The notes beneath the pieces are model-generated. The model saw only the letters and a list, made by a program, of their open reading frames with translations, was not told where the DNA came from and made no database searches. Shown here piece by piece: positions 15,373 to 24,876 of a DNA stretch of 27,241 nt (within the stretch, counting starts at the first letter, position 1; the number at the start of each line of letters is the position of its first letter). The translations under genes and the position numbers were made by a program. Source of the DNA: an uncultured Candidatus Saccharibacteria bacterium (lineage in GTDB: Bacteria > Patescibacteriota > Doudnabacteria > UBA920); assembly GCA_964522815.1 (NCBI GenBank), contig CAZFXC010000003.1, forward strand, positions 2,261 through 29,501, written 5' to 3'.

Positions 15373-16932
15373 ATGTATTCATTGCTTATAAAAAACGCAA
15401 CGGTAATTGATGGAACAGGCACACCGGGAAAAATTTTAGACATTGCCATTGAGGGCGACAAAATTGTAAACCTTGATAAAAATATTCCTTCTAAGGCCAT
15501 AAGAACCATTGATGCAAGTAATTTAGTAGTCAGTCCCGGCTTTATAGACTTACAAAACCATAGCGATACCTATTGGCAAATTTTTGAAAATCCCACTTTA
15601 GACAGTCTTCTGTTTCAAGGTTTTACTTCTATTATTATAGGCAATTGTGGAGCTAGTTTAGCTCCTTTATTATCCCATAATAGTTTGTTATCCAGCCAAA
15701 AATGGCATAACTTGCAAGGTATTAATACTGATTGGCAAACTTTCAATGAATTTTTGACTAGAATGGAGCAACATAAAATTGCTTTGAACGTGGGGAGTTT
15801 AGTTGGGTACAGCACCCTCAGAAGGGGAATAGTTGGTGATCAAATTCGTTCGCTGGATAAACCGGAGTTTAAAGCAATTACCAAAACTCTAATTGAGTGT
15901 TTGGAAAACGGAGCCTTTGGACTCTCCAGCGGATTGTCTTATTCCCACGAAATAATAGTTTCCGAATTAGAATTATTTGAGTTGGCCAAAATAATAAAAA
16001 ATTACCACTCGCTCTTGTCTATCCATTTACGCAATGAAGGCGATGAAATTTTAGAAAGCATAGAAGAAGTAATTGATATTGCCAAAAATGCTGAAGTAAA
16101 TTTAAAAATTTCTCATTTAAAAGTTAAGGGGAAAAATAATTGGAAAAAATTTAACGATGTTATCTCTGATTTAGAAACTGCTTTCCATAGGGGAGCTAAT
16201 ATTCATTTCGATGTGTATCCCTACGATACAGTTTGGCAACCGCTTTACTCTTATTTACCTAAATGGTCCATTGAAGGTGGAAGAAAAAATTTGATTCAAA
16301 ATTTAAATGATCCCATTCAAAAAAAGAAGATATTAATCTACTTAAACGGCTTAGGTATTAAATTACCCGAACTAATTGTAGCTTCCACAGGCAATCCTTT
16401 ATCGGCAACGGGTAAGAAGGTGGGTCAAATTGCTAAAAATATGGAATGTTCTTCTGAACAAGCCATAATTTATTTGATTCAGCACGGAGGAAGTGAAGTC
16501 CTAGTTTTTGAAAATAATCTTAATATGGAGCAGGTAAGACAACTATTATTCCATCCTTTAAGTTTAATTGGAACCGATGGTGCAGGATTTGGTTTAAATA
16601 ACCACGAGAAGCTAGTCCATCCGCGTTGTTTTGGCACCACAATAAAATTTTTAGAGTTGATGAAAGAAGCTAAACTTCCTTTGGAAGTTGGCATTAAAAA
16701 GTTAACCTCACTCCCGGCCAAAAAAGCGGGCATTAAGCACCGGGGGGAAATTCAAGTAAATAATTATGCGGATTTGGTTATATTTGATTCGGAAAGTTTT
16801 AAGGCCAAAGCCAATTATGTTAATCCTTTTCAATCCAATGAGGGAATTAAATACGTAATTGTTAATGGCCATATTGCCATGGAAGACAACAAAATTTCTC
16901 CGGTGCTTAAAGGAAAAGTTTTAAGAAAATGA
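15373..16932 (+). CDS. N-acyl-D-amino-acid deacylase (D-aminoacylase)-like amidohydrolase, divergent
   Basis: LIKNATVIDGTG, PGFIDLQNHSD, GNCG, GAFGLSSGL, SIHLRNE, ISHLK, FDVYPY, GTDG, HPRCFGT and ADLVIFD, all in D-aminoacylase order. Confidence 0.88.
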   Translation: MYSLLIKNATVIDGTGTPGKILDIAIEGDKIVNLDKNIPSKAIRTIDASNLVVSPGFIDLQNHSDTYWQIFENPTLDSLLFQGFTSIIIGNCGASLAPLLSHNSLLSSQKWHNLQGINTDWQTFNEFLTRMEQHKIALNVGSLVGYSTLRRGIVGDQIRSLDKPEFKAITKTLIECLENGAFGLSSGLSYSHEIIVSELELFELAKIIKNYHSLLSIHLRNEGDEILESIEEVIDIAKNAEVNLKISHLKVKGKNNWKKFNDVISDLETAFHRGANIHFDVYPYDTVWQPLYSYLPKWSIEGGRKNLIQNLNDPIQKKKILIYLNGLGIKLPELIVASTGNPLSATGKKVGQIAKNMECSSEQAIIYLIQHGGSEVLVFENNLNMEQVRQLLFHPLSLIGTDGAGFGLNNHEKLVHPRCFGTTIKFLELMKEAKLPLEVGIKKLTSLPAKKAGIKHRGEIQVNNYADLVIFDSESFKAKANYVNPFQSNEGIKYVIVNGHIAMEDNKISPVLKGKVLRK

Positions 16933-18287
16933 CTTTATCAGATTTAAACAATAAACAAATTGCGGTTGTAGGCTACGGCATGGAAGGCAAAGCAATTGTT
17001 AAATACTTACTCAAGCATAAGTTAACACCGGTTTTAGTCGACGAGTTACCTTGGGAGAAATGGTCAGCAGAAGAACAATTGGCAATCAAAAGCCTAAAAA
17101 TAAATTTTATTTTCGGTCCGGATGCTTTTTTAGAACTGGGCACTTTTGACATTATCTTTAGAAGCCCAGGAATTCCAATTTTAAAACTCAAACAACACGT
17201 TCCTAAAACTTGCATTATCACCAGTCAAACTAAATGGTTTTTTGACCATTGTCCCAGTAAAATTATCGGCATTACAGGCACCAAAGGTAAAGGGACAACC
17301 ACCTCACTGATTTACCACATTCTAAAAACCCAAACAACGCATACTGTTTATTTAACTGGCAATATTGGGCAAACTCAACCTTTGGAAATTTTAGACGAAT
17401 TAACCCCATCAGCTTATGTTGTATATGAATTGTCTAGTTTTCAACTCCAAGATTTAGACAAAAGTCCACATATTGCTGTAGTTTTAATGGTTACCAGCGA
17501 ACATCTGGATTATCATAAAGATTTAAACGAATACCAGACTGCCAAAGCGAATCTTACTCGTTTTCAAACCGAGCAAGATTTTGCAGTTATAAACGCAGAT
17601 TATGAAAACTCAGTAAAAATTGGAAAGTTGAGTTCAGGCAAACACAAATTTTTTAGCAGACAAAAACCAGTTGTTGATGGTTGCTATTTAGAAACAGATG
17701 CAATTATTACCACGGAATCAAATTTTAGATTTGCTATCAAACATTTTCCACTGAGAGGTAAGCATAATTTGGAGAATATTTGCGCATCCATTTTAGTTGC
17801 AAGGATTTTGAAGGTTGAATTTGAGGCAATAAATCATGCACTAACCAATTTTAAAGGATTGGAACATAGACTAGAGTTTGTGGCAAATCAAGGCGGAATT
17901 CAATACTTTAATGATTCATTTTCTACAACACCCGAAACCGCTATTGGTGCCATCAGCTCCTTTTTTGAACCTTTAATTGTCATTTTAGGTGGTTCCTCTA
18001 AAAATTCCAACTTTACAGAGCTGGGCAAAACCATAAACACTACTCCAAATTTAAAAGCGGTAATTTTAATTGGCGAAGAAGCAAAAAAAATTCAACAAGT
18101 TATTTCCAGAACCGATATTCCGATTTACACTTCAGCAACTAATATGAAACAAATTTTCGAACAAATCCATTTAGTGGCCCAACCCGGAGATGTGGTTTTA
18201 CTCTCACCGGCCTGCGCCAGTTTTGGAATGTTTAAAAATTATAAAGATCGGGGTGAACAATTTAAGTATTTTGTAGCTCATGCATAA
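16929..18287 (+). CDS. murD: UDP-N-acetylmuramoyl-L-alanine--D-glutamate ligase
   Basis: GYGMEG, RSPGI, GITGTKGKGTT P-loop, GNIG, ELSSFQL, HLDYH, FKGLEHRLEFV, NDSFST, LLSPACASF. Confidence 0.97.
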   Translation: MTLSDLNNKQIAVVGYGMEGKAIVKYLLKHKLTPVLVDELPWEKWSAEEQLAIKSLKINFIFGPDAFLELGTFDIIFRSPGIPILKLKQHVPKTCIITSQTKWFFDHCPSKIIGITGTKGKGTTTSLIYHILKTQTTHTVYLTGNIGQTQPLEILDELTPSAYVVYELSSFQLQDLDKSPHIAVVLMVTSEHLDYHKDLNEYQTAKANLTRFQTEQDFAVINADYENSVKIGKLSSGKHKFFSRQKPVVDGCYLETDAIITTESNFRFAIKHFPLRGKHNLENICASILVARILKVEFEAINHALTNFKGLEHRLEFVANQGGIQYFNDSFSTTPETAIGAISSFFEPLIVILGGSSKNSNFTELGKTINTTPNLKAVILIGEEAKKIQQVISRTDIPIYTSATNMKQIFEQIHLVAQPGDVVLLSPACASFGMFKNYKDRGEQFKYFVAHA

Positions 18288-19380
18288 AAAAAGTCAAAAA
18301 ATAGATTTGGTGTTTGTCTTTGCCTTAATTAGCCTTATGGTTTTAGGTTTAATTTCTTTATATTCCGCCTCAACTGTAAAAGCTTTTGAAAATTTTGGCT
18401 ACACCACTTACTACATTATTCACCAAATCTTGTATGGGCTTTTAGCCGGAATAATCGGTTTTATTATTTTCTCCAAACTTGATTATCATAAATGGCAAAA
18501 ATTTTTGCCCCTAATATTATTGTCTTCATTACTTTTATTAATCGCGGTCAAAATCCCCGGGATAGGTTTTTCTGCCAATGGCGCCGATAGATGGATCCAT
18601 TTTGGTCCGATTTTTTTTCAACCTTCGGAATACGCAAAATTGGCAATTATTATTTATTTAGCTAGCTATGCCCATAAATTTTCTTTAAAAAATTTACCGT
18701 TTTTAAGCGGAATTTTACCACCAATAATTTTGGTTCTAATTTATGCCTGGTTAATACTAATTCAGCCGGATTTTGGCACAATGAGTATTTTAGTTTTAAC
18801 CTCAATAATTATGTTGTTTGCCTCTGGCTTAAAGCTCAAGCACTTTATAATTTTAGGTCTATGCGGTTTATTGTTATCAATAGCTCTAATTAAATTGGAG
18901 CCGTATCGATATAATCGACTATTAAGCTTTTTAGACTCCAATCACGATAAATTAGGCGCCAGTTATCAGATTAATCAATCATTACTGGGGATAGGTGCCG
19001 GTGGGGCTTGGGGCTATGGTTATGGACTCTCCAGACAAAAATATAATTATTTACCCGAACCAATGAATGATTCAATTTTTGCGATTACCGCGGAAGAATT
19101 GGGTTTTTTTAGAACTCTGGTTATACTCTTAGCTTTTATCTTTTTTATTTTTCGGGGTTTAACCATTGCTAAACTGGCCAAAGACAAATTTGGCCAGTTA
19201 TTGACACTGGGAATAATTTCTTGGATTGGTCTCCAAGCCATTATTAACATTTCTGCCCTAACCGGTTTAATTCCTTTAACCGGAGTGCCATTACCTTTTT
19301 TTAGCTATGGGAGCTCAGCTCTGGTAGTTTTATTAACGGCTTGTGGTATTATTGCCAATATTAGCAAACAAAGTTCATAA
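18280..19380 (+). CDS. ftsW: SEDS family peptidoglycan glycosyltransferase FtsW
   Basis: GADRWI, FQPSEYAK, QPDFG, YQINQSL, YLPEPMNDSIFA, EELG, TGVPLPFFSYGSS. Immediately follows murD. Confidence 0.93.
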   Translation: MHKKSQKIDLVFVFALISLMVLGLISLYSASTVKAFENFGYTTYYIIHQILYGLLAGIIGFIIFSKLDYHKWQKFLPLILLSSLLLLIAVKIPGIGFSANGADRWIHFGPIFFQPSEYAKLAIIIYLASYAHKFSLKNLPFLSGILPPIILVLIYAWLILIQPDFGTMSILVLTSIIMLFASGLKLKHFIILGLCGLLLSIALIKLEPYRYNRLLSFLDSNHDKLGASYQINQSLLGIGAGGAWGYGYGLSRQKYNYLPEPMNDSIFAITAEELGFFRTLVILLAFIFFIFRGLTIAKLAKDKFGQLLTLGIISWIGLQAIINISALTGLIPLTGVPLPFFSYGSSALVVLLTACGIIANISKQSS

Positions 19381-19385
19381 TCAGT

Positions 19386-21395
19386 ATGTGGATAAAGTTT
19401 AGAAAAAAAACAACTACTTTAATTTCAATAAAACAGCCAATTGTAAAAAATGTCAATTGGCTTAATAGTTTCTTTCGGCATAAACTAAATTTAAACTCAT
19501 TAAAGCGAATTAATTTGCTGAATTTTTTTTTACTGGTGATAGTTTGCTGGGCAATCTTTCAAGTGGTTAGGATTTCAGCCATTGCCAATAATTTAAAGGA
19601 GCAAATTCTTAAGAAGGTGGCTGTGGTTACCACCCAATTTTCCCAAAAAGACAAGGCTTTAAATTTCAATCAACTCTCAACCGATCTCCAAACCATTGAG
19701 GAAACTTTAAATGAGATCGATCAAATTAATAACTCCATTGCCAATACGACCCTAAACTTGTCCAGATTGACTGCTGATTCAAAAAATCTAAAAAAACTAT
19801 CCAAACTCGGTTTACTGCTAACCGATAGTGGTAAAAAAATAATTAATCTTAAAGAATTATTCAGTAAACTTACTTTTAAAAGTTATGGCGTTTCAGGCAT
19901 AGAAAATATTAAATTTCTACAATCAGAACTACTGGCTTTAGAAGATAATTTGGTGCAAATTAATCAAATCATTAATCATAATAAGTGGAGCGGTCTGGAA
20001 CCTGGCTATGTAGCAAAGCTACAATCCTTAGCTAAAATTTTAGATCAATCAATAATTAAAATAGGACCAATCAATCAATTTGCCCAATTAGGTGACCAAT
20101 TATTGGAAGGCAGAAACAATTACTTAATCCTCTTACAAAACCAAAATGAACTCAGACCAACCGGAGGCTTTATCGGCTCATTCGCAAATTTCCATATAAA
20201 TCGAGGAAGTATTGAAAAGATTCAGCTTACGAGTATATATGACTTAGATGGTCAATTAATTGAAAAAATTACCCCGCCGGAGCCACTATTGGCAGTAAAT
20301 GATCGCTGGTATTTAAGGGATGCTAACTGGTTTGTTGACTTTGAGCAGAGCGCTAAAAAAATCACGGAATTTTTTGAAAAGGAGGGTGGAGAAACACCCG
20401 ATTTTATTATTGCGATAACCCCCAAAATTATTTCCGATTTAATTGCTTTGGTGGGACCAATTAAATTAGAAACCGGCTTAGAACTCAATTCGGAAAATTT
20501 AGTTGAGCAATTACAATTTCTGACTCAACAAAATTTATTGGCTGTCAAAAATGAACCGAAGCAAATACTTTCCACATTAATGGACAAATTATTTTATGAA
20601 ATCGAACAGTTACCCGGCGACCAAAAAACTCAACTTCCCAAAATTTTGTTTGAAAATTTGCAAGCTAAACAAATTTTAGCCTTTGCAAAAAATCCCAAAA
20701 CCCAAAAAATATTCAATGATTTTAATTGGTCAGGCAAAATTCATAACAATAGTAAGGACTTTCTTTTTGTAAATATTAGCAACCTAAATGGTTCAAAAAC
20801 CGATTTATTTATTAATCAAGGCTTGGATTTGGTGAGTAACTTTTCTCCCCAAGGCAAAATTACCAATACGCTTACCATTAAGCGAATCAATACCTTACCC
20901 GAAGGCAAAGATACGACTAGCTTAGTGTATGCCAGAATTTTGGTTCCAAAAGGTAGTAAATTTATTGAGGCGGTGGGTTTTAAAAATCTTGACCTACCAA
21001 AGTTAAGTTTAAATGAATATAAACCTGACGAAGACGTCAAAACTTGGGAAAAAAAATTATTGCGTGATGTAACGACCGGCACTACCATTGGAGAGGAAGC
21101 GGATAAAACTTTTTTTGCTAACTGGATAGAAGTCAAACCGGGGAGCGAGAGCAGTGTTAAATTGACCTACGAATTACCCTTTAAATTAAGTGCATTGAAT
21201 GCCTATAGTATAATTTTTCAAAAACAACCCGGCACCACTAACCAAACCGTAACGCATAAACTTGTTTATGAGAATAAACAAGTTCTCTGGCATAATTTAA
21301 CAAACCCGCTCATAGAAGATAACATACTTAGCTATAATACTGTATTGAATAAGGATTTAATTTTTGGTATCCTCTTAAAGGACAATGATAAATAA
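19386..21395 (+). CDS. DUF4012-like membrane-anchored extracellular protein
   Basis: One N-terminal TM (LLNFFLLVIVCWAIFQVV), a long helical region, then LLQNQNELRPTGGFIGSF, LRDANWFVDF, NLNGSKTD and QKQPG, motifs recognised from DUF4012 proteins. Confidence 0.8.
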   Translation: MWIKFRKKTTTLISIKQPIVKNVNWLNSFFRHKLNLNSLKRINLLNFFLLVIVCWAIFQVVRISAIANNLKEQILKKVAVVTTQFSQKDKALNFNQLSTDLQTIEETLNEIDQINNSIANTTLNLSRLTADSKNLKKLSKLGLLLTDSGKKIINLKELFSKLTFKSYGVSGIENIKFLQSELLALEDNLVQINQIINHNKWSGLEPGYVAKLQSLAKILDQSIIKIGPINQFAQLGDQLLEGRNNYLILLQNQNELRPTGGFIGSFANFHINRGSIEKIQLTSIYDLDGQLIEKITPPEPLLAVNDRWYLRDANWFVDFEQSAKKITEFFEKEGGETPDFIIAITPKIISDLIALVGPIKLETGLELNSENLVEQLQFLTQQNLLAVKNEPKQILSTLMDKLFYEIEQLPGDQKTQLPKILFENLQAKQILAFAKNPKTQKIFNDFNWSGKIHNNSKDFLFVNISNLNGSKTDLFINQGLDLVSNFSPQGKITNTLTIKRINTLPEGKDTTSLVYARILVPKGSKFIEAVGFKNLDLPKLSLNEYKPDEDVKTWEKKLLRDVTTGTTIGEEADKTFFANWIEVKPGSESSVKLTYELPFKLSALNAYSIIFQKQPGTTNQTVTHKLVYENKQVLWHNLTNPLIEDNILSYNTVLNKDLIFGILLKDNDK

Positions 21396-22983
21396 ATTCA
21401 AAGCATTAGAAAAAAATTTTTCAATTAACAAAGCTGCCATTATTATTGGCGTTTTCACAATACTGTCCAGACTTACCGGACTGATTCGCGACCGAATGTT
21501 TGCCAGTGGTTTTGGAGCAGGGGATACACTCGATGCTTACTATGCTGCCTTTAGAATCCCTGATTTCATTTATAATTTATTAATTTTAGGCACGCTTTCT
21601 ATTGCCTTTATTCCAATATTTAGCGAACTAATTGTTAAAGACAAAATTCAAGCCAATAAAACCGCTAACACGGTTTTAAACGCCAGTATAATTTTGGTAA
21701 GTGTCACCTGTTTGCTGGCTTTTCTTTTTTCAAAATTTATTACCAAAGCTTTAGTCCCTGGTTTTACAGAAGAAAAATTACATGTAACCATAAATTTAAC
21801 CAGGTTATTTTTATTATCACCAATAATTTTTACCATCTCCAATGTATTTTCCAGTATTTTAAATGCGCAAAAAAAATTTATTGCAGTTGGATTGGCTCCC
21901 ATTTTGTATAACTTGGGCATAATTGTGGGTCTGTTCATTTTCTATCCTAAATTTGGGATATATGGTGTGGGTCTGGGTGTCATATTGGGCGCTGTAATGC
22001 ACTTACTAATTCAAATTCCGGCAGTCGTTAAATCCGGTTTTACTTGGTTACCCATTATAAATTTTAACGATAAAGCTTTTTTAAAAATTACCAAATTATT
22101 TATTCCAAAAATATTAGGTTTGGATAATTCACAAATCAGCCTACTGATTGGATCAATGGTTGGCTCACTGTTAGCTTCTGGTTCCATTGCAGTTTTGAAC
22201 TTGGCTAACAATTTACAAGCAGTGCCAGTGGGAATTTTTGGCATTTCCATTGCTCTGGCTAGTTTTCCATTACTCAGCGAAGCATACGCCAAACATGACG
22301 AAAATCAATTTTTAAAGGCGTTGGGGGACAGTATTGTGCAAATCCTGTTTTTCATTTTACCCGTTACTGTTTTATTTCTTTTATTAAGAGCCCATATTGT
22401 GAGACTGGTATATGGCACAGGCAATTTTACTTGGGAAAATACAATTTTAACTTTTCAAACACTAGGTGTTTTTAGCCTTTCGTTATTCAGCCAAGCGATT
22501 TCTCCACTTCTTAGCAGATGTTTTTATGCAAGACAAAACACAATCATTCCGGTTATGATCAATTCACTGGTTATGGTCTTAAACGCGTTAGGCGCCTATT
22601 TTTTTGGCAAACTCTATGGAGTTTGGGGAATTGCTTTAGGGTTTAGTATATCAAGCATGGTTAGTGTTATACTGTTGTATATAACCCTCAATGCTTTTTT
22701 GCAAAAAAAGATTGACATGCCTAGCTTAAAACAGTTTAATTTTAACGTATTAATGAGTACTCTTAAAATTTTATTAGCTACGTTTATATCAGGCTTGGCT
22801 ATTTATTTTTGTTTGTACTTTATTGAACCTTTTGTCAATACGAGAACAGGTATTGGTTTATTGGTCCAAGCGGGGTTTGCTAGTTTCATGGGAATAGTTA
22901 TATATTTACTGTTTGGATACCAAATTAAAATTAAGCAAGTCGACTATTACATCAGACTGTTAACTTTATGGCGCAAGACTTAA
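21385..22983 (+). CDS. murJ: Lipid II flippase MurJ (MviN)
   Basis: SRLTGLIRDR, DAYYAAFRIPD, LANNLQAVPVGIFG, FYARQNT; polytopic membrane protein. Confidence 0.96.
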   Translation: MINKFKALEKNFSINKAAIIIGVFTILSRLTGLIRDRMFASGFGAGDTLDAYYAAFRIPDFIYNLLILGTLSIAFIPIFSELIVKDKIQANKTANTVLNASIILVSVTCLLAFLFSKFITKALVPGFTEEKLHVTINLTRLFLLSPIIFTISNVFSSILNAQKKFIAVGLAPILYNLGIIVGLFIFYPKFGIYGVGLGVILGAVMHLLIQIPAVVKSGFTWLPIINFNDKAFLKITKLFIPKILGLDNSQISLLIGSMVGSLLASGSIAVLNLANNLQAVPVGIFGISIALASFPLLSEAYAKHDENQFLKALGDSIVQILFFILPVTVLFLLLRAHIVRLVYGTGNFTWENTILTFQTLGVFSLSLFSQAISPLLSRCFYARQNTIIPVMINSLVMVLNALGAYFFGKLYGVWGIALGFSISSMVSVILLYITLNAFLQKKIDMPSLKQFNFNVLMSTLKILLATFISGLAIYFCLYFIEPFVNTRTGIGLLVQAGFASFMGIVIYLLFGYQIKIKQVDYYIRLLTLWRKT

Positions 22984-24773
22984 TTAGAAATTTTTGTATC
23001 ATTGCTCATATTGATCATGGTAAATCAACTTTAGCTGATCGGCTTTTGGAGATTACCCATACAGTATCAAAACGAGAAATGAAAGACCAATTACTCGACC
23101 AAATGGATTTGGAAAGAGAAAGAGGTATTACCATAAAACTCCAACCGGTTCGCATGGAATATCAGATTAGCAATTCAGCGACTCCTAAATCCTACATCCT
23201 GAATTTAATCGACACGCCTGGGCATGTGGACTTTTCTTATGAAGTCTCTAGGTCATTGGCCTGTTGTGAAGGCGCAATTTTAGTTGTTGATTCCACCCAA
23301 GGCATTGAAGCTCAAACTTTAGCTAATGTCAATTTAGCCCTAGAGCATAATTTAAAAATCATTCCAGTTATTAATAAAATTGACTTACCTAATTCCGACA
23401 GAAAAAAAACAGCAGAGGAAATTAAAGCAGCTTTTGGTTTTTCAGATGAAGAATTACTCTATGCTTCAGGCAAGACCGGAGAAGGAGTAGAAAATATTAT
23501 TAAAGCAATTATTGAGAAAGTGCCTGCCCCCAGAGGGGATGCCACTAAACCCTTAAGGGCTTTAATTTTTGATTCGATTTACGATAAGCATAAAGGCGTA
23601 GTAGCTTATGTTAGAATTTTTGATGGACAACTTTTGCCCAAAGAAAAAATTTTTACTCTTGGAAGCACCACTGAAGCAGAGAGTTTAGAATTAGGTTATT
23701 TTCGTCCCAAAATGGAAAAACATTTTGAACTTAAAACCGGAGAAGTTGGTTATGTACTTACCGGACTCAGAGACGTTTCTAAAGCCAGAGTGGGCGATAC
23801 CGTCACGCTCTTTGAAGGCAGGCAAACTGTTGTGCCACTAGCTGGTTATAAACAAGTAAAACCCATGGTGTATGCCACTATCTTTCCAACCAGTGGCGAC
23901 GATTACCCTTTACTCAGAGAGGCTATGGGAAAATTAAAACTTTCTGACGCGGCTGTGGAATATGAACCTATCAACATCCCTTCTATTGGTTTTGGTTTTC
24001 GTACTGGCTTTTTGGGACTACTGCATATGGATATTGTGCAAGAACGTCTATCGAGAGAATACGATTTAGATTTGGTTTTAACTGCTCCCAGTGTAGCGTA
24101 TCGAATTTTAAAATCCGATCAAACGCAAATGGTTATCCATAATCCAGCTGAATTTCCCGATCCATCCACTATTGAAAGTATTTTTGAGCCATGGATGAAC
24201 GTAGCGATTGTTACCCCTCCTGAATATATTGGACCTATCATGGAAATCGCCACTCAAAGGCGAGCGATTTCCAAAGATATTAATTATATTGGCCAAACTC
24301 GTGTGGAAATGTTTTTTGAAATGCCCTTAGCTTCAATTATTATTGATTTTTACGATAAATTAAAATCTGTATCAAGTGGCTACGCGAGCCTTAATTACGA
24401 CTTTTTAGCCGAAAAAATAGGGGATTTAGTTAAAGTGGATATTTTGGTAGCCGGAGAAAAAGTTGATGCTCTTTCTACAATTATGCACAAAGATAACGCC
24501 ACCAGTGAAGGCAAAGATTTAGTTGAAAGATTAAAACAATTAATTCCCAAACACCAATTTGAAATCGCAATTCAAGCAACCATTGGAGCCAAAGTAATTG
24601 CCCGAGAAACAATTTCAGCCTTAAGAAAGGACGTAACCGGCTATTTATATGGGGGTGATGTTACCAGAAAAATGAAATTATTAAATAAACAAAAAAAAGG
24701 CAAAAAACGAATGAAACAGATTGGACGAGTAGAAATCCCCCAAGATGCTTTTCTGGCTGTTTTAAAACAATAA
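22968..24773 (+). CDS. lepA: Translation elongation factor 4 (LepA)
   Basis: IRNFCIIAHIDHGKSTLADRLL, ERERGITIK, LIDTPGHVDF, NKID, GFRTGFLGLLH, GGDVTRKMKLL. Confidence 0.99.
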   Translation: MAQDLIRNFCIIAHIDHGKSTLADRLLEITHTVSKREMKDQLLDQMDLERERGITIKLQPVRMEYQISNSATPKSYILNLIDTPGHVDFSYEVSRSLACCEGAILVVDSTQGIEAQTLANVNLALEHNLKIIPVINKIDLPNSDRKKTAEEIKAAFGFSDEELLYASGKTGEGVENIIKAIIEKVPAPRGDATKPLRALIFDSIYDKHKGVVAYVRIFDGQLLPKEKIFTLGSTTEAESLELGYFRPKMEKHFELKTGEVGYVLTGLRDVSKARVGDTVTLFEGRQTVVPLAGYKQVKPMVYATIFPTSGDDYPLLREAMGKLKLSDAAVEYEPINIPSIGFGFRTGFLGLLHMDIVQERLSREYDLDLVLTAPSVAYRILKSDQTQMVIHNPAEFPDPSTIESIFEPWMNVAIVTPPEYIGPIMEIATQRRAISKDINYIGQTRVEMFFEMPLASIIIDFYDKLKSVSSGYASLNYDFLAEKIGDLVKVDILVAGEKVDALSTIMHKDNATSEGKDLVERLKQLIPKHQFEIAIQATIGAKVIARETISALRKDVTGYLYGGDVTRKMKLLNKQKKGKKRMKQIGRVEIPQDAFLAVLKQ

Positions 24774-24774
24774 T

Positions 24775-24876
24775 ATGTTTACCAACAGAAAATTTATTAA
24801 TAAAGCGATGTATTTTTTGGCGATTTTTATTATTATTTCAATGGTTCTATTGACTTTGGGTCAGTCATTCTTTTAA
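24775..24876 (+). CDS. Small single-TM membrane protein (33 aa), absent from the ORF track
   Basis: MFTNRKFINKAMYFLAIFIIISMVLLTLGQSFF. It exactly fills the lepA-to-PH gap: ATG 1 nt after the lepA stop and a TAATG overlap with the next start. Basic N-terminus followed by a hydrophobic helix. Confidence 0.75.
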   Translation: MFTNRKFINKAMYFLAIFIIISMVLLTLGQSFF

